A stretch of 64,000 nt of DNA from the human T2T-CHM13v2.0 reference genome, Homo sapiens. Below, piece after piece: positions 58,086 through 64,000 of this stretch. Position 1 is the stretch's first letter; every line of letters starts with the position of its first letter. Both the position numbers and the translations under genes were made by a program. Below the pieces are notes generated by a model that was not told the origin of the DNA, did not search any database, and saw only the letters and a list, made by a program, of their open reading frames with translations. The stretch lies in NCBI RefSeq assembly GCF_009914755.1, contig NC_060925.1. One strand, 5' to 3'.

Positions 58086-60375
58086 CGTGAGAAGGCTGGC
58101 TACACAAGCAGGAAGCCTCCTGGAGCAGCTGGAGACCAAAAAGGGAAGCCAAGAAGAGAAGAAATAAACAGTAAAAAGATACAGTATTATCAATGGATCC
58201 GATGTCACAAGCCACAGGATGGGCAATGAAAATGGCTGTGTCTGTGTGGGTCTCTGTATTTTGGTTTTGGTTTTGTTTTTGTTTTAATATAGCATTAGTC
58301 CAGAATAGGATTTTCATGTGGATACCATTAAATCCTCACAACCTTGAAAAGTAGGTATTATTAATCTCCACTTTATAGGTTAAGAAATCAAGGTTCAGTG
58401 AAATTAAGTGATGTGCCCAGGGTCATAAATGCAAAAGTAGTGTACTATTAACTCCTACCAATAGCATTTTCAAAGCAATAAGGCTTTGATTACTGAAGAG
58501 TATGTAATAACATCCTATTGTCTAATAAATGCCTTTCAATTGCAGAATTCCTTAGAATTTCTTTAGTTAAAACTGTTATTCCAAAATAAATAAATAAATA
58601 AATAAACTGTTATTCCACAACCTTGTCCTTCCATTCTAGCCAGCACAGTAATTTTTTTTTTGTCCATAAATATTTCATTCTGGATTCTCTTAAATGACTT
58701 TATTCCAACCTCACTTACTAGAAACATCCTCTTTTCTTCCTCCTCCTCTGAGACCACCTAACCTTCATGCCATAGGGTCTGCATTGACACCTCCTGTGGC
58801 CCTTACACCTCTCCTCTCTGATCCTGACTGTAGGGACTTCTTGAACCATAGTAGGTGCCAGATAAATACTGGCTGACAATGGTTCTCAAACCTTAATAGG
58901 CATCAGAATCACCAAGGGTGCTTGTCAAACTTGAAGATATTCAGAACTTACCCTAAGAAATTATGATTCTCAAAGTCTAGGATCGTATCCTTGCATATTT
59001 AACAAGGATCTTGGCTGATTCTGACATAGGTAGTCTGTGAACCTCATCTTGGCAAAATACTTCTTGTTGCATTCTTCTAATGATATGATTTGCCATTTGT
59101 TACTACTACTTGAAACATTTTCTCAAGCTGCCACACTTCTATACATTTTGTTTCTGAAGGGTGGAAGCTCTTAGAGGGCAGAGACCTCATTTTCTGTTCT
59201 TTCCTATTCTTCCCTTTCATAGCCATCAGATCCCCATTGTGTTGGCAGTTCCCAGGCACTTCTCTTCACCTACACCATAACTCTCTCCCCATGCCCTTTA
59301 CCTGTGTAGCTCCCACCCCACTTCATGGCTCAGTCTGGATGGCTCCAAGTGATATTATTGCTCAAGTCCAGGAATGCACTGCTGCTACATGTTCCCAAGG
59401 CACCCTCCACCTCTCCCACCAGGGCATGACACACGATGCACACGTCTTTGCCTTCCCTTAGAAACTTTATTCCAACCTCACCCACTAGATACTTGCTGTA
59501 CCCTCTTTGTGAGGACAGGACCTTTGGTTTTCTTATCCCAACTCTAGGAACAGGGTTCCTAGACATTATCTTATCCCAACTCTAGGAACAGAGCCTGATA
59601 TTGGATAAGCCCTTAATGATTGTTTATAGATAAGTGAATGAACAAACTGAGAAGAATGATTAAAAAGAGAGAAATACAGGAGAAGAAACACTTTAAAAAT
59701 TACCTTATTTCATAAAGGGCATGTGAAGTGTGGGGACAATGCCTTTGGGGTCAGAATGGGGCACCTAGGGATGGCCAAGGGGAGCTGAGGAGCCCTGTTT
59801 ACTGCACTAACTTCATTTTTCCTGTGAATCTAATACAGCTCGACTTAATACATATTTACTGGGAGTCTTTGATGTGAAAGCCACTACGCTGGACACTGGG
59901 GAGTCAAAAATATATTAAGACACAGTCCCTGAACTTGAGGGTATGATAATTTAAAGTGAAACCATTTGGTGATCTATATGCCAGTGTGTTTAATAGGAAA
60001 CAAGAGATGACACTATTCTGCTCTGAGGACAGTTCAAATGATTCTGGGTCTCATAATTGCTACATGATGTAAGGTGAGTCTTAAGAAGCAATGAAGCACA
60101 ACGGAGAAAAAAAAGCCAGGCTTTAGAGACCCACAAACCCATGTTTAATACTGTAGCTCCCTCCTCTTACTAGTTATGCTACCAGCAGCCTGGGCTGCCT
60201 GTGTAACGTAGGTCTAATAATAATAACACCACTTCTGGCACATATTAGCAGTGGTAAGCATGATTTAGCACTGTGCCAGGCACTCTGCTAAGCACTTTCC
60301 ATGCGTTATCATATTTAATCCTCTCAGCTATCTAAGTGCCACTTTTATTCACATTTTATTACTGAGGAAACTGGC

Positions 60376-61111
<736 letters not shown>

Positions 61112-64000
61112 GCTCAGAGAGGTTAAGTAATTTGCCTAAAGTGACCCAGATATCAAATAGTACAGTCAGGATTTGAACCTGAACCTGAACCTGGCTGATT
61201 AATAAATTAGATAGTGTAGGTAAAATTCCTGCATGGTGCTGGCAAATAATAATCCCTTAATAAATGGTTTATAATATACATATTGCACTCCAGAAGTCAG
61301 GCCCACAGAATTATTGCTGTTAGTTAGGGTGAGTTACTAGGAGGACGGCTCAGCAAGAGAGCAAGGAGGGCTAGGCTCCAGAGCCTGTGGCATGAGCCAG
61401 ACACAAGAAAAGAGACACCTCAGCCACCACCAGTGCTTGTGCAACTCCTCCTGCACTGAGCTTCCTTGGACTCAGGAGCTATCACCCAGATCTGTGGAAC
61501 CCTAACATCATAGGGTTACAAAGGTCTCACAGGTCACCCAGGTCCACAATCTGGTGCCTGCATACCCCTACCACATCTCTGCCAAGTGACAGCTGCTGCT
61601 TTAATCTCTCACCTGATGGCCTCTCAGTATGGTTCTCAGGCAGGGAAGGTGGGAGATAGAGCCCAAGTCCCAGAAGTCATCCCTGGATGACACTTTCAAG
61701 ATCTTCTAAGTCAACCCCATGTGTTCCACATGGTCTGCTTGGAGGAGGAATAGCAGGGACTTAACCTAGGGAGAGGCTGGAGCTTTTCCCTCCCTCCTAT
61801 AGAATGAGTCATTCCTTCCCAACCCACTTTTCTCATTGTCCTTCCAGGAGGCAGTGAAAAGTTTCACATATTTGGAAATCCAAATTAACACTGATGCAAA
61901 CAAAAGGGCCCCTAAGTCATTGGGAACCGGTTTGGTCGGCATCACCACGGAGACCTGGGGGGCAGTTGTCAGAGGAGAGCTGGCTCAGATGTCAGAGATG
62001 CACAAACTTGCATATGCTCAGTCCACAAGCAACACCCCCGCAGCTGGCATCTAAACCCTTGGTAAAGCTCTTGGCTACAGAGTGCTCGTTGATGACATTT
62101 CATCTCCAAGGCTCTCCTTGACTTTCCTTTCACTGATACAAGGTAATGCAGCTTGAAGCCTCCTACTTTAGCTTGCAGCACAGGGGGTCATTAGTGAGGG
62201 GTAATGCTGTATTCACATGCTGGTTACCTGTTTGTCTTGTCTTCTCTTTTCTGACAACACACAGCAGGCAAGGCCTTATCATCCTTTGATGAGTAAGGAC
62301 AGCTATCTTCTTCAAAGGGCTGGAGTCTCAAAATGAGATGGTCCTTTAGATTTTTCAGTCCCAACTCTTTCATGAAATTGTACCAAGATCCTGATTTCCT
62401 AAGCAGACATGGGTCAGGAACTTCATTATTGCCCTTTAATAGATTATATGTTAGTAGGTGCTTGATAAAATCCATATTGAACAGGACCTGAATGTGAGTC
62501 CATCCTTGGAGCCACTGCTCTGCCCCTGAAACTTTCTCTGTCCTAGCCCTTCAGCTTTCCCTTCCTGCTGGAGTTCTGCCACTCCTGCAGGGCTATGAAA
62601 TTCAATTGTGAAAACATCTCTCCAGACCTCTTCATCAGTTCTTCCTAACAACTCTAAGCCTCTAATACTTGTGCTTAGACTATTTTTAACTTTTCCTTTC
62701 TTTTAAAAAATTACACCAGAGGAGCTTAATGAGCCCTACTTAACTTTTCGTAGAAAAAGAAAATTTGCAGACATTAACCAATAAGTGCGACTGAACACCA
62801 TGGTTAGCTGGCACGCCTCTGAAAACCTGCCTTCTCCCTGTGCAATACAATAGTTTATTTTTGGACAGCAGCCTCCACACAACATCATGAACACACAACA
62901 CTGGGGTTTATAATGAACTTAAAAGAAAGTGAAGATTTATGTGAGAGGTTTAGAGGAGGAACTCAGGGTTGCAGAGGGCAGGGTGTGGGAAGGAGGGACG
63001 AGTTCCTGGGCAATGAGAAGTCCTGGCTGCCCAAAGCTGCTTCCAGCATGTTGCACCTCCAGATTCTTTATCTTTGCTTTGAATCAGCCAGGAGTATGAA
63101 TGATATGAAGCAAGTGGGAGAAAATAAGCAAGATTTCAGATTTTTGTTCATTATCATGTAAAACTAACACACACATAGACACGCATACACCACCACCACC
63201 ACCACCACGAAAACCAGCAACTAGCCAAACAAAAAAGAGCTTGAGCTCTTACAAAGAATAAAGCACTGTGGCAATAAACATTTTCATCATTCCTCCATCC
63301 AAACTCAAGAGTCCCTTTGGGTCAAAGTTGATTCTAAGGAAAGGTTCTCAGCTGTCCTGCAAGGCAAGAGGTCCAAGTCACAAATTACAGGACTGCCCCC
63401 ATTCGTGTCATAGCAGTTAGGACATGACCATTTGCCCTCTGGATTTTAGCTGAAGTATCATGGAGGTCTTTCCAGGCATGAAAGTAAAGCCCTATTCTTA
63501 ATAGTGCTCGTACCCAACCATGCTATTTGTTCCAAAGTCGCCTGATTACTTTCCCTATTATCACCATGACCTTCTAAATTGGGGCTCAGCCATGCCTTTA
63601 CCTAATGGGGTTACAATAAACCATCTCTGACCTGGGGTTTGTGAACGCAGTGTGAGGCATGCAAACACAGCCTTATTTAAGTGCTACTGGTGTGTCTAAG
63701 GTCTGGGGACCAGAGAGGGAGGAAGTTAGACTTCAGCAGTGCAAGACCTTCCTCTCTTGATAATTAGCCCATTCTCTCTGAACAGTGTTAGTGTTATAAT
63801 GTACCATTCTTTAGAATTTTTCTTTAGAATCCATATTATTTCAAGCATTCCATGATAACTCAGAAGATAAAAGTGCTTGCTCAAAGCAGGACAAAGTACT
63901 GTCTGGCTGTGTTGGCTAAAAGAAAAGATTTTTAAGATGCTAAGAAATAAAGGAGAAATTTGTACATGACAGGAATAATTTTTAAGTTTATTACCATAAC

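Noticed and set aside
62224-62651. Minus-strand ORFs ending at a CAG|gtaacc donor as coding exons
   Set aside because: No recognisable protein and no convincing acceptor. A weak 'gtcctgttcaatat' similarity suggests a decayed CR1/L3 remnant, too uncertain to call.

Overview
Hominid (most likely human) non-genic or intronic DNA dominated by transposable elements, with no intact cellular protein-coding gene. It contains a full-length minus-strand L1PA2/L1PA3-type LINE-1 (262-6285) whose ORF1, ORF2 and ORF0 are each disabled by small lesions. It also holds a 5'-truncated SVA, two younger L1 3' fragments, about 25 Alu/FLAM/FRAM copies, many MaLR/ERV LTRs, DNA-transposon fossils and a U13 snoRNA retrocopy. 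A CpG-rich regulatory block lies at about 15.5-16.9 kb, and there are two strong CTCF motifs in divergent orientation. The most notable finding is a heavily decayed plus-strand fossil of an RMND5/GID2-family E3 ligase (CTLH complex) at about 25.56-28.08 kb. The ORF track does not show it, but about 15 collinear protein motifs run from the N-terminus to the stop codon, and L2 and Alu insertions interrupt it. Repeat subfamily names and reference protein sequences are recalled from memory, not searched; boundaries of old repeats are approximate.
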